Shown in pieces: positions 1 through 10,113 of a DNA stretch of 64,000 bases (the first letter of the stretch is position 1; every line of letters starts with the position of its first letter). The position numbers and the translations under genes are program-made. Origin of the DNA: an uncultured Victivallales bacterium (lineage in GTDB: Bacteria; Verrucomicrobiota; Lentisphaeria; Victivallales; UBA1829); contig CALXRL010000021.1 in the NCBI GenBank assembly GCA_944390735.1, positions 17,059-81,058 of the forward strand. Reading direction: 5' to 3'. Under the pieces are notes generated by a model, which saw only the letters and a list, made by a program, of their open reading frames with translations, made no database searches and was not told the DNA's origin.

Positions 1-268
1 TCGGATCGGCCTTTTTCCCTTCCGGTCTCGCATGAAAAAGATATTCCGCCATCTCCGCAAAATGCGGGTTCAAGGTCGGTTCTCCTCCCATGATGCCGAC
101 AATGCCAGGATAGTCGTGCAGAGAGTCCACCGCATTCTGAAACTCCTTCATGTTCATCATGAACGTCGTTTCATGCAGACCGCAGAATCTGGTGCAGTTT
201 GAACAATGATGGATACATGCATTTGTGACTTCTATTTGAATAATTTTCATCTGCGCGGGAGAAATCAT
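1..268 (-). CDS. Radical SAM protein (N-terminal part; runs off the window edge)
   Basis: Not in the ORF track. Manual translation from ATG 268 gives MISPAQMKIIQIEVTNACIHHCSNCTRFCG...IVGIMGGEPTLNPHF, with CxxxCxxC and GGEP motifs. Confidence 0.85.
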   Translation of the reverse strand, partial: MISPAQMKIIQIEVTNACIHHCSNCTRFCGLHETTFMMNMKEFQNAVDSLHDYPGIVGIMGGEPTLNPHFAEMAEYLFHARPEGKKADP

Positions 269-904
269 GGGAAAATCCTGTTCATAAAAAGCATTGTTTT
301 TTACTGTTCTATGATAGACAAAAAATAAAATTTTATGATATAATTTAGGAATGCTCCTTATTTTAATTTTCTCATTTTTTTATTTTTGGGCTTTTTATCT
401 TCCCGGCTATAAATTTAATTTTTTATATTATTTTTGTTTTATATACTTTAATTCATTGTTTGCTATTTTTCAAATGATTTTTTTAAGTGTTAATCTAAAA
501 AATGGTCGGATAATTTATATCTGGTTTGCCTGATCGGGGACTAATTGACAGCTATTTTTATGATTTGTAACAGGATGGAACTTTTTTAAGTAAAGTTTGA
601 CTGAAACAGTGTAACGATGGTTGTCCGTTTTTTGAAAATGTCTGCAAGGGGACAAGTGTGCCCTGCCGCTGAATCGGGCGGAGACGGGTGATTTTTTTCC
701 CGTTTCGCTTCGGAAAAGGAAGGCGTTTGCCTGTCTGATTCCTTCCCCTTGGACAGGAAGTGTCTGGTGTATGGAAAGGAGCGGAGAAGATGGAGGTTTC
801 ATCGTCCGGAGCGAGGCAATCCGTAAAACGGCCAGCCTCCGAATCACCATTTTCCCCGCAATCCGATTCAAAACGAAGCTCATTCAGGAGGAGAAGCCGG
901 ATCG

Positions 905-3130
905 TTATTCCAGGCGGAAGTCAAAATTGAAGCGGCTTGTCTTCTTCTCGTGCAGCACGGCATGGCGAAGATCGTAAAGCCCCGCCGCCGCTCCCCGGAG
1001 CGGAGGAATCGACATGACTTTTTCCGAAAGAATCTGCGTCAGATCCCCTGTATGTTCCACCAGAAACGTCTCTCCCCGCAGATCCGTCATCCGGTCCCCG
1101 GCCGCGATTTCCGCCCGCGTCGAAAGAAGCGGGGGCCTGCCGTACTGGTAAATTTCCACCGGAAGAACCGATTTGGAGATCATGGCTTCCAGTTCGGTTC
1201 TCTCCAGTTCCAGCCAGGCCTGCACCATGGCGATTCCGCGCACAGCCGCCTCCTGAACCGCCATGGAGTTGCAGATCGGCATCGGCATGCAGCTCTTCAC
1301 AACAACTCCCGGAAACTCCTTCACCAGCGAAAGATGGGAAAGCGAACTGATCCGGATCACCCGGCCTCCCTTTTTCACATACTCCCGAAGAGCCTCCCGG
1401 ACGTGCTCCAGAGCATTCTCCGCAATGAAAAAGGGCAGAAGCACCTCTTCTCCCGGCGCAGGTCCGGCTTCCAGTTCCCGGACGATCCGGAGCTTTTCCG
1501 TGAATTCCGGATGCTTTCTTCCGGGAACAATCGCGCAGTCCGGCCATGGACGCTTGTCCGGTTTCGCGTGCAGCGAATCGTAATCCCTCCGGAACCGTTC
1601 CAGACTCTTCCGGGATTCCTGCTCCGCCGTTTCCGCGTTCCCGTGCCTGTCCAGATAATCCCGGAACTCCTTCCGCAGCGTCTTGAATACACTCGCGGGA
1701 AGAAACGGATTCCCCGTGATTTCCGCGGAAACCCTTCCGCAGGTGAAACGGGCAAAGGAGAGCTGCCTGAATTCTTTGGCGATCGTTTCCGGAAGGAGCG
1801 GCCTGGTTCCCGCTTCCGAAAGCGAAAGCTCTTTCTTCCATTCGATTCCGCCGCATTTCACGCGGAACTCGCCGCAGCTGACGAACACCTCCAGATCCGC
1901 CGGAGGCTTCCACTCGGGGAGAGTGTCGATCCGTTTGGAGAAGTCGCCGACCCGCTCGCTGATTTTATAGACGATTCCGCCGCGCGGGACCTCCTTGTCG
2001 GAATGGATGAAACAACGTTCCCCTTTCGAGACTGATGCGACCGATTTTCCATTCAGACTCATTTTCGTAATGCAGTGAGCCGGTCCCTCGTCTCCGCTCT
2101 GCGGCTGGATGCGGATAGTGTCGCCGAGCGAGATTCTGCGGGAAGCGGAAACTTCAAATCCGTTCCTCGAATGCGCAATCACTTTTCCGCAGAGAAGACC
2201 GGAAACCCCCATTGCATCGTATTTGATCAGATGCTTTGCCGAATCCGGCGTATAGTATCCCAGGGACCAGCGGCGCCCGCAGGTGTGGGAGAGCCGTTCC
2301 TTTGCCGCGGGAAGAATCTCCCGGAACTCCTCCTCCGATTCCGCCTTCATCACCATCCGGTACGCGGAAACCACGTTTTCCACGTAGTCCGCGCGCCGGA
2401 GTCTCCCTTCAATTTTCAGCGAGGAAACCCCTGTTGCGATTATCTTCGGAAGAATTTCCAGCGTGCAGAGATCCTGCGAGGAGAGAAAAAATCCATTGCC
2501 GTTTTTTGAATGGTGTCTTCTCCGGCAGGGCTGTTTGCATTTTCCCCGGTTTCCGCTCCAGCCGCCGAGCCACGAGGAAAGAAGACAGGTCCCGGAAATG
2601 CAGCAGCAGAGCGCCCCGTGAATGAAAATCTCCACTTCGACCGGCGGTCTGCTTTTCATCATCTGTTCCAGTTCCTTCAGCGTGGTCTGCCGTTCCAGAA
2701 TCACGCGGGAGAGCCCGAGCTCCTTTGCCATGGCGAGGCCCGCGGAGTTGTTCAGTCCCATCTGGGTGGACCCGTGGATCGCCAGTCCCGGAAAGTATTC
2801 CCGCAGAATCCGGACAATTCCGAGATCCTGCACAATCAGCGCATCGGGTCGCAGAGTGTTGAGTTCCGCAAGTTCCTCCGCGGCGGCGAGCAGCTCGGAT
2901 TCCTTCACCAGCGTATTGAACGTGACATAGACTTTCCGGTCGTTTTTCCGTGCATATGCGATCAGTTTCGCCATCTCCTCCCGGGAGAAGTTTTCGGTTC
3001 GTTCGCGCGCGTTGAAGCGTTTGAGTCCCGCGTAGACCGCGTCGGCGCCGGCGTCAAACGCGGCGAGGGCGCATGCGAGATTTCCCGCAGGCGCCAGCAG
3101 TTCGGGGAGTTTGTGTTCTGAAGCATTCAT
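905..3130 (-). CDS. Peptidase U32 family protein (RlhA-like, probable RNA hydroxylation enzyme)
   Basis: PELLAPAG start, GADAVYAG, HGSTQ, EIFIHGALCCCISGTC, SGNRGKCKQPCR and SLKIEGR motifs, plus a long C-terminal extension as in RlhA/YdcP-type U32 proteins. Confidence 0.88.
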   Translation of the reverse strand: MNASEHKLPELLAPAGNLACALAAFDAGADAVYAGLKRFNARERTENFSREEMAKLIAYARKNDRKVYVTFNTLVKESELLAAAEELAELNTLRPDALIVQDLGIVRILREYFPGLAIHGSTQMGLNNSAGLAMAKELGLSRVILERQTTLKELEQMMKSRPPVEVEIFIHGALCCCISGTCLLSSWLGGWSGNRGKCKQPCRRRHHSKNGNGFFLSSQDLCTLEILPKIIATGVSSLKIEGRLRRADYVENVVSAYRMVMKAESEEEFREILPAAKERLSHTCGRRWSLGYYTPDSAKHLIKYDAMGVSGLLCGKVIAHSRNGFEVSASRRISLGDTIRIQPQSGDEGPAHCITKMSLNGKSVASVSKGERCFIHSDKEVPRGGIVYKISERVGDFSKRIDTLPEWKPPADLEVFVSCGEFRVKCGGIEWKKELSLSEAGTRPLLPETIAKEFRQLSFARFTCGRVSAEITGNPFLPASVFKTLRKEFRDYLDRHGNAETAEQESRKSLERFRRDYDSLHAKPDKRPWPDCAIVPGRKHPEFTEKLRIVRELEAGPAPGEEVLLPFFIAENALEHVREALREYVKKGGRVIRISSLSHLSLVKEFPGVVVKSCMPMPICNSMAVQEAAVRGIAMVQAWLELERTELEAMISKSVLPVEIYQYGRPPLLSTRAEIAAGDRMTDLRGETFLVEHTGDLTQILSEKVMSIPPLRGAAAGLYDLRHAVLHEKKTSRFNFDFRLE

Positions 3131-3205
3131 CGTGCGGTAATATAGCATTTCCCCAAGTCGATTTCCAGACAGAGCGGAATTTTTTCCCCCGATGCGCATC
3201 TCTTT

Positions 3206-3234
3206 TTGACAAAGAGCTTTTCCGGTTGTATAGT
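3206..3234 (+). promoter_or_regulatory. Sigma70-type promoter for the EamA gene
   Basis: TTGACA-N17-TATAGT ending 25 nt upstream of ATG 3260. Confidence 0.6.
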
Positions 3235-3259
3235 AATCGTTTCACGAAAGAGGTGGAGA

Positions 3260-4153
3260 ATGTCGATTTCCATTCCCGCATGGTTTCTTCCGATCGTGGT
3301 GTCGGCGGTCGGACTCGGGTTTTACGACATCTGCAAAAAACACGCTGTCCGCGACAATTCCGTGATGCCGGTTCTGTTTCTGGCGACGCTGTCCGGTTCG
3401 GCCCTGTTTGTCGTCGGAACGCTGCTGTTCGGCGATTTTTCCAGAGCGATCGTCTGTTCGCCTCAGCACTGGTGGCTTCTGCTGGGAAAATCCCTGATTG
3501 TCGCATCCAGCTGGACCTGTGTCTATTATGCCATGCGGGAACTGCCGATCTCCATCGCGGCTCCGATCCGCGCCAGCGCTCCGCTCTGGACGTTTATCGG
3601 CAGTCTGATTCTCTTCTCCGAGGTGCCGACCGTCCTGCAGGGCGTCGGGATGCTGCTGATCTTTGTCGGATATTATGTGTTTTCCGTGCTCGGTAAACTG
3701 GAGGGGATCTCTTTTCGCGGAAACCGGGGCGTGCATCTGATTCTGCTGGGAACGCTGCTCGGCGCGGTCTCCGCTCTGTACGACAAATATCTGCTGAACG
3801 TGATCCGCATCCCGCGTGACACGGTCCAGCTCTGGTTTTCGATTGATCTGGTCGCGGTGCTCGGAGCCGCATGGCTGATCCGGCGTTTCGCGTTCGGCCA
3901 TCAGCATCGCTTCGTCTGGCGCTGGACCATTCCGGCTACCGGAATCCTTCTGATCCTGGCGGACTTCCTCTATTTTTATGCGGTGAGTCTTCCGGAAATT
4001 CATATTTCGATCCTGTCGCTGGTGCGCCGGTGCAGCTGCATTGTCACGTTTGCATTCGGGGTCTACTTCTTCCACGATGCGAATGTCAAACGCAAGGCGC
4101 TTGCGCTGCTGCTGATTCTGCTGGGTGTGTTCCTGCTGGCACTCGCGGGATGA
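3260..4153 (+). CDS. EamA/DMT family permease
   Basis: About 10 hydrophobic helices in two repeats; LPISIAAPI and ISILSLVRRCS segments; GGAG RBS before ATG 3260. Confidence 0.85.
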   Translation: MSISIPAWFLPIVVSAVGLGFYDICKKHAVRDNSVMPVLFLATLSGSALFVVGTLLFGDFSRAIVCSPQHWWLLLGKSLIVASSWTCVYYAMRELPISIAAPIRASAPLWTFIGSLILFSEVPTVLQGVGMLLIFVGYYVFSVLGKLEGISFRGNRGVHLILLGTLLGAVSALYDKYLLNVIRIPRDTVQLWFSIDLVAVLGAAWLIRRFAFGHQHRFVWRWTIPATGILLILADFLYFYAVSLPEIHISILSLVRRCSCIVTFAFGVYFFHDANVKRKALALLLILLGVFLLALAG

Positions 4154-4359
4154 TGCGGGGGCGCATCGTTTTCTCCAGCGTGAAAACGGGCGGGGCAGGG
4201 GACCCTCCGAAAAAGAGAAGAAAGTTTTTTTGTCTGCACGCGTCTTCCCGATCTTGAAATACGGGGGAATGCCGTCTATTGTTACCGGAGATTCGTGCGG
4301 GATGCGGGAATCCGCCCGGATGACGTGCGCGAAAATTCGAAACGGGAGATGAGGGGCTG

Positions 4360-5022
4360 ATGCGTATTCTTTCAAAAAATGTCGACGGGAAACTTTCTGT
4401 CGTGATCCGTCTTCTGGCATTTCTCGGACTTTCAGGCGGGGGACTGTGGATTTTCTTCCGTCTGGGGGAGCTGAAATCGGGCGGACTGGGCGGCGGGGTT
4501 GCCGCGTCGATTCTCTTTCTCTTCGGGACGGTGCTGATCGCAGCGGGACTGCTGGCCGTGGCGGGGCCTCTGCTGACAAGAGGAATGGCGGCGATGGTCA
4601 ACGGTTTGTTCCTTCCGTCCGCGAAGCTGGAGAAACCCGCGCTGATGCTCTCTCCGGTGGCGGGAAAGATCGCGGCAGGACAACTGGAGGAGGCGCTTCG
4701 GGAATTGAAAGAGCTGGAGCGTCTGCATCCGGAGAATGCGGCGGTCTGCCGGATGGCGGCGGATCTGTATGCGGGACGTCTGCATGATCCGCAGTCCGCG
4801 TTCGAGACTCTGCGCAGATATCTGCACGGTTCGGATCGGACTCCGGTGGAGGAGTGCGTTCCGCTGGTGATGCGTTATACGGATCTCTGTCTGCGCGGCG
4901 GACTGTATGACGAGGCCAGGATGTGTGTCGAGCGCGAACTGCGCAGAACGTGTTATTCGGAGCGGGAAAGAGCCCGTCTCCGCAAACGTCTGGATGTGAT
5001 TGGAAGGAGGCAACGAGCATGA
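4360..5022 (+). CDS. Hypothetical membrane protein with two TM helices and a TPR-like helical C-terminus
   Basis: Two N-terminal hydrophobic segments, then GQLEEALRELKELERLHPENAAV (TPR-like). The stop overlaps the PilT start (ATGA). Confidence 0.7.
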   Translation: MRILSKNVDGKLSVVIRLLAFLGLSGGGLWIFFRLGELKSGGLGGGVAASILFLFGTVLIAAGLLAVAGPLLTRGMAAMVNGLFLPSAKLEKPALMLSPVAGKIAAGQLEEALRELKELERLHPENAAVCRMAADLYAGRLHDPQSAFETLRRYLHGSDRTPVEECVPLVMRYTDLCLRGGLYDEARMCVERELRRTCYSERERARLRKRLDVIGRRQRA

Positions 5023-7232
5023 ATTCGATTCTGGAACTGCTGGGACACGCGGTCGCAGCCGGGGCGTCGGACCTGTTTGTCACGGCGGGAAAATCCCCGT
5101 CGTACCGGATCAAGGGGGAACTGACGACGGATCCGGAAAAGCCGCCTGTTTCCGCCGGAGAGATCGACGCGTTCCGCCGTTCCGTCATCGGCGAGGAGGG
5201 CGAACGGCATTATCATGCGGCCTCGGGGTACGACGCCTCCTATGCGGTGACGGAGACCGAGCGGTACCGCATCAACTTTTTCACCACTCTGAACGGACCT
5301 GGTTTTGTGGTTCGACCGATTCTTCTGGGCAGCGACATTCATTTTTCGCATCTGAGTCTTCCGGCGATTCTTCCGGAGCTCTGTTCGCTTTCGCGGGGGA
5401 TTCTTCTGGTGACCGGTTCCACCGGCTGCGGCAAATCCACCACACTGAGTGCGATGGTCAACTACATCAACACCCATTTTCACAAGCATATTCTGACGAT
5501 TGAGGACCCGATCGAATTCATGCACACGGACAAGCTTTCGCTGGTGACCCAGCGGGAAATAGATTCCTCCGTGTCCGGCGGCTTTGCGCGCGCCCTCCGG
5601 TTTGCTTTGAGGGAGAATCCCGATGTGATCGTGATCGGCGAGATGCGCGACATGGAGACCATTCAGGTTGCCGTGACCGCCGCGCTGACGGGGCATCTGG
5701 TGATCTCCACGGTTCACACCACCGATTCCATTCAGACGGTCGAGCGGCTGATCGGTCTTTTTCCGGAGGCACAGCGGGAACAGCTGGCCGCCGATCTCGG
5801 TCTGGCGATTCAGGCGATTCTGTCGCAGCGTCTTCTTCCGCGCGCCGATCAGAAAGGCATGGTGCCCGCCGTGGAGATCCTGCTGGGCAGCGGAACGGTC
5901 AAAAAACAGATCGCCGACCGGGATTTCAATGCGCTGGAAATCACCCTGAAAGCCGGGGTCAATCAGGGCATGGTGACATTCAACAATGCCCTCTATCAGC
6001 TCTACCGGGAGGGGGTCATTACTCTGGATACCGCCCTGGCCGCTTCCGGCAATCCCGCCGAACTGGATCTGATGATCAAGGGCATGGAAAGCGGAAACGA
6101 TGTTTTTCTGCCGCGCTACGGAATCATCGCCGACGAGAACGACGAAAAACTTGTCGATATGAAAACGCTCTTCCGCACCGCGGTCAAGACCGGCGCAAGC
6201 GACATGCTTCTTTCCGCGGGCTCGCCCCCGATGCTCCGGCTGAACGGTTCCATGCGTTCGCTGGATCTTCCCGCGCTCTCCCCGGAGGATGTCGAACGGC
6301 TGCTCTTCAGCGTGCTGACCAAGCATCAGAGAATTGTGCTGGAGGAGAATCGGGAACTGGATTTTGCTCTTTCCGTCACGCTTCCGGTTCCGGACGGGAA
6401 AAAGAGGAAGGAGGTGCGGTACCGTTTCCGTCTGAATGCGTTTTATCAGCGGGGTAGTCTCGGAATGGTGGCGCGGGTCGTGCCCACGGAGATCCCGACT
6501 CCGGAACAGCTGCATCTTCCGGGGGTTCTGGTGAATATCGTCTCCAAAAAGCAGGGAATGATTCTGGTGACCGGTCCGACGGGAAGCGGAAAATCCACCA
6601 CGCTGGCCAGTCTGCTGAATCTGGTGAACCGGACGCGGCCGTGCCACATCATCACGATTGAGGACCCGATCGAATATGTGTATGAGAATCTCCAGTCGGT
6701 TGTGGAGCAGCGGGAACTGCATTCCGATACGCTCGGATTCGCGCCCGCCCTCAAGGCCGCGATGCGGGAAGCGCCCGATGTCATCATGGTCGGGGAGATG
6801 CGCGATACTGAAACCATGGCCTCCGCCCTGACCGCCGCTGAAACGGGCCATCTGGTCCTGGCGACCGTTCATACCAACAGCGCGCCGCAGACCATCGACC
6901 GTGTGATCGACTCGTTCCCGCCGAATCAGCAGAATCAGATCCGTCAGCAGCTTTCCGGGACTCTTCTTGCAGTGGTTTCCCAGCGGCTGATTCCGCGTCT
7001 GAACGGGGAGGGGCGCGTCGCCGCCTTTGAAGTGCTGATCGGAACGCCGCCCGCCCAGTCGCTGATCCGCGAAGGCAAGACGCATCAGCTCCAGTCCGTC
7101 ATCGAGACCAATTTCAAGGATGGCATGATTACCCTCCAGAAATCGCTGGAGGCGCTCTACGAGAGCGGCGAGATCGCGCTGGAAGAGACGCTGCGCTTCT
7201 CCGCCGACTGCCAGCCGACCCGGGCCTACTGA
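5019..7232 (+). CDS. pilT: PilT/PilU-family type IV pilus retraction ATPase with two fused complete ATPase units
   Basis: Two copies each of ASD(L/M), Walker A (GSTGCGKSTT; GPTGSGKSTT), TIEDPIE, Walker B (PDVIxxGEMRD) and His box (TGHLVxxTVHT); GGAGG RBS before ATG 5019. Confidence 0.92.
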   Translation: MNSILELLGHAVAAGASDLFVTAGKSPSYRIKGELTTDPEKPPVSAGEIDAFRRSVIGEEGERHYHAASGYDASYAVTETERYRINFFTTLNGPGFVVRPILLGSDIHFSHLSLPAILPELCSLSRGILLVTGSTGCGKSTTLSAMVNYINTHFHKHILTIEDPIEFMHTDKLSLVTQREIDSSVSGGFARALRFALRENPDVIVIGEMRDMETIQVAVTAALTGHLVISTVHTTDSIQTVERLIGLFPEAQREQLAADLGLAIQAILSQRLLPRADQKGMVPAVEILLGSGTVKKQIADRDFNALEITLKAGVNQGMVTFNNALYQLYREGVITLDTALAASGNPAELDLMIKGMESGNDVFLPRYGIIADENDEKLVDMKTLFRTAVKTGASDMLLSAGSPPMLRLNGSMRSLDLPALSPEDVERLLFSVLTKHQRIVLEENRELDFALSVTLPVPDGKKRKEVRYRFRLNAFYQRGSLGMVARVVPTEIPTPEQLHLPGVLVNIVSKKQGMILVTGPTGSGKSTTLASLLNLVNRTRPCHIITIEDPIEYVYENLQSVVEQRELHSDTLGFAPALKAAMREAPDVIMVGEMRDTETMASALTAAETGHLVLATVHTNSAPQTIDRVIDSFPPNQQNQIRQQLSGTLLAVVSQRLIPRLNGEGRVAAFEVLIGTPPAQSLIREGKTHQLQSVIETNFKDGMITLQKSLEALYESGEIALEETLRFSADCQPTRAY

Positions 7233-7291
7233 CACGGCGGAGAACTTCTTCTGCGGAACGCTTCCGGCGCTTCTTCGGAGGGGCGATCCCG

Positions 7292-9364
7292 TTATTTGCC
7301 GGGAACGGCCCGCAGTTCGACTTTCCCGATTTCCAGCACTCCCGCCGCGGCGGGTTTTTCGGTGCTGATGCTCAGGGAGATCCGATCGGTTTTCCCGTGC
7401 TGTTTTTCGTCGATGGAGTAGACCGGATAGTTTCCGTAGAGAAATGTGAGTTTTCCCCCGGCGCGGCGGATGCGGTAGAGGGCGGGATACTCAACATCAA
7501 AATTGTCGCGGACAACCCGGAAGGGCGTTCCCGGCCATGAGGCGGAAACATAGGTCTGTTTTTCGGTCCTGGGGGTGAGTCCAAATCTGGTTTTCCCGTC
7601 GGCGCTTCCCGCGTTGAGGAAGAAGGCAACCCATCCGCCGGCAGGCCGCGATTTCATGGAGTTGACATGGAAAATCATCTCCGTGTTGTCCGGCAGAGGC
7701 TCGGAAAAGGCGAGAGAGAGCGAGCCTTTGCCGCCGCCCGCCAGAACAAAGGTTCCCTTGTCGGTCTTTCCGAAGAAGGGTTCCGCGAGGGGGGCGGCGG
7801 GCAGTTCGGCTTTCGCATGATTCCGGAGTTTTTCTGCGGGAATCGGAAGGGCGATGTCGCGCAGGTGTCTGCCGAGGATCGGTTTGACTTCAATTTTGAT
7901 GGGTCCGTTCCAGGTGCGGGGGGCTTCGGCGGTGCCGCCGTCGGCGTGATAGAGCAGATTGGAATAGGTGATCTTGTTGGAGATGGTCCAGTTGTCCCTG
8001 AGTTTGATGATCTCTTTGCCGTTGCGGAGAAGAGCGAATTCGGGACGGCCCTCTTCCAGAGGGATCCGGAACTTGTGGATTCCGGCGGGGAAGGCCTTCT
8101 CATGCTTTCTGCCGTTCAGCGTGATGCGCAGGACGCCGGGTTCCTTGAGGAATCCGAGGAGTTCAATCTCATCATAGGCTTTCGGACCGTTGACGCGGAA
8201 CGGCTTTTTCTGTTTCGCCGGATCGTGTTTGGCTTTGACGCTCTGAAGACGGTGGAAGTAGTAGATGGCGTCGCGGACGATTTTCGGCTGTTTTCCGGTT
8301 TTGAACCAGCTGGTGTAGTAGGCGGTCAGATCGTAGAAAGCCCAGCGCGTGCCGGTGGAGGGGGCGATTTCAGAGCCTTCGGAGTAATCGCTCCAGGTGA
8401 TGAGTTGAACCATTCCGGCATCATAGTCCATGGCGGTTTTCCACATTTCGCGGAAGAGTTCGGAGCCGCGGCATTCGCCGCTCCATCCGGCCCGCGGACG
8501 GCAATCCTGCGGACGGACCGGCGCCATGAAGAATTTTCCGTAGCGCGGAGTTTCCGCAAGCGCCTTTCTGCGCCAGCGGATCTGTTCATCCAGCGTGCTG
8601 GTGCCCCAGTCGAAGAATCCGATGGAGAGATCCTTGTAGTCCTTCAGGTACTTCCACCATCCCTGGAATCCGGGGATGAAAAGCACGTCGACTCCGTTCT
8701 GTTTGAGTTCCGCGATCCGTTCCTTCCACCAGGCGGGCGACTGCGCATAGGCGTTGTAGGGTGCGATCACCAGTTTGCCGTCGATGCGGAAGAGCGAGGG
8801 ATCGTCCGCAATTTTCAGAAGCGCGGGAACCATGCGTTCGGGATGTCCTTTGAATTCCGCGGTCATGTCCGGCATAATCAGGATGGAGAATCCCCGGCCG
8901 TATTTTTTGACCTGTTTCATCAGATCCAGCAGCGTGGTCCAGTGACGGCCCCGGGTGGAGAGAATGTTGTAGGCGAATCCGTCCATTCCGGTTTCGGCGG
9001 CCATGCGGACCTCTTCATAGCGGTCGAGCTGTGCCCAGTCCGGAACGCGGCGGGGAAGACGGGGGATCGGACGCTGATTGATGAAATGCCCGTAGGCGCG
9101 GTGCTTGCCGTTTTCCCCATCCGGATGAAGATAGCCTTTCTGATAGTAGTCATTGGCCGGATCGCGATCGTCGATGGAGATCGGAAACTGGGAGAAGTAG
9201 TGGGCGAAGACTTTCTTCTTCATCGCGCGGAGGGTTTCCTCCGGCAGCCGGTCGAAGGGCCATTGAAGCGTCTTTTGCGCCGTTTCCGCCGCGGTTGCTG
9301 TGGTGCAGAGGAGAAGCGCCGCGGAAACGGCGCCCAGAAGGAGGGTGGACCATGGTTTCATCAT
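7292..9364 (-). CDS. Secreted glycoside hydrolase, GH71-like (alpha-1,3-glucanase/mutanase type), with extra C-terminal beta-rich domain
   Basis: Signal peptide; KKVFAHYF, GMDGFAYNI, VQLITWSDYSEGSEIAPS, YYTSWFKTGKQPKIVRDAIYYFHR resemble GH71 motifs. Confidence 0.75.
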   Translation of the reverse strand: MMKPWSTLLLGAVSAALLLCTTATAAETAQKTLQWPFDRLPEETLRAMKKKVFAHYFSQFPISIDDRDPANDYYQKGYLHPDGENGKHRAYGHFINQRPIPRLPRRVPDWAQLDRYEEVRMAAETGMDGFAYNILSTRGRHWTTLLDLMKQVKKYGRGFSILIMPDMTAEFKGHPERMVPALLKIADDPSLFRIDGKLVIAPYNAYAQSPAWWKERIAELKQNGVDVLFIPGFQGWWKYLKDYKDLSIGFFDWGTSTLDEQIRWRRKALAETPRYGKFFMAPVRPQDCRPRAGWSGECRGSELFREMWKTAMDYDAGMVQLITWSDYSEGSEIAPSTGTRWAFYDLTAYYTSWFKTGKQPKIVRDAIYYFHRLQSVKAKHDPAKQKKPFRVNGPKAYDEIELLGFLKEPGVLRITLNGRKHEKAFPAGIHKFRIPLEEGRPEFALLRNGKEIIKLRDNWTISNKITYSNLLYHADGGTAEAPRTWNGPIKIEVKPILGRHLRDIALPIPAEKLRNHAKAELPAAPLAEPFFGKTDKGTFVLAGGGKGSLSLAFSEPLPDNTEMIFHVNSMKSRPAGGWVAFFLNAGSADGKTRFGLTPRTEKQTYVSASWPGTPFRVVRDNFDVEYPALYRIRRAGGKLTFLYGNYPVYSIDEKQHGKTDRISLSISTEKPAAAGVLEIGKVELRAVPGK

Positions 9365-9429
9365 TCAAGTTCCTGATTGTTGGTTCCGGTTTTGGGGTAT
9401 CCTGTTCAATGATCGAAAAACGGCTGCGC

Positions 9430-10113
9430 TCAGTCGCAGGTGATCTCATCCCGCGGCGTGGTGCCTGCCCAGTTGCGGCTGGTCCAGGAGACGGTGCCGA
9501 GGTGCTTGCGGAAGGAGACATGCCCGTCAAAATGGAGAATGTTCATCCCGTTCATGTGACGGAATTTCCCGGAATACGCTCCCGTGATGTTGTTGTCCGG
9601 ATACGTTCTCGGGTCGGTTGCCTCCAGCATCCAGTAGGTGATGGACGGCTGATAAACATTTTCCAGACGTTTCTGGGGTCTGGTATCCTTTTTGCGGATG
9701 CTGACAAGCATGTTCAGCGCATAATGATAGCAGCCTACAAATTGAATATCGCAGAATTTGTTGGTTCTTCCATGGGGATCGGTCAGCGGCTCCTGGCTGG
9801 GACAGGAGAGCAGGGGGGCGATGGTGCCTTCGCCGTTTCCGCCTTTGGCTCCGGTCATCTGCATGAGTTTAAACGTGCTGAGATAATTGCCCCAGGGAGA
9901 GTCTCCTTCATTCAGAGACGGAATGATGTAGCCGTCGAAGATTTCGCTGTATCCGAGAAGGGTTAAGTGTGTCTGTTTCATATTGTTGAGACATTGGGCC
10001 GACCTTGCTTTTTCCCTTGCCGAGTTCAGCGCCGGAAGCAGCATCCCTGCAAGGATCGCAATGATGGCGATGACCACGAGGAGCTCTATCAGTGTGAAGT
10101 TTCTGGTTTTCAT
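9430..10113 (-). CDS. Prepilin-type N-terminal methylation domain / H-X9-DG (DUF1559-like) protein
   Basis: [40 protein letters not shown]; C-terminal [15 protein letters not shown]. Confidence 0.9.
   Translation of the reverse strand: MKTRNFTLIELLVVIAIIAILAGMLLPALNSAREKARSAQCLNNMKQTHLTLLGYSEIFDGYIIPSLNEGDSPWGNYLSTFKLMQMTGAKGGNGEGTIAPLLSCPSQEPLTDPHGRTNKFCDIQFVGCYHYALNMLVSIRKKDTRPQKRLENVYQPSITYWMLEATDPRTYPDNNITGAYSGKFRHMNGMNILHFDGHVSFRKHLGTVSWTSRNWAGTTPRDEITCD

Noticed and set aside
280-620. Replication origin
   Set aside because: AT-rich, but no DnaA boxes seen and no dnaA, dnaN, gidA or par genes nearby.
351-883. Short ORFs 351..533 (+) and 515..883 (-)
   Set aside because: The F/Y/I-rich translation simply reflects the T-rich tract; no family motifs or typical codon usage.
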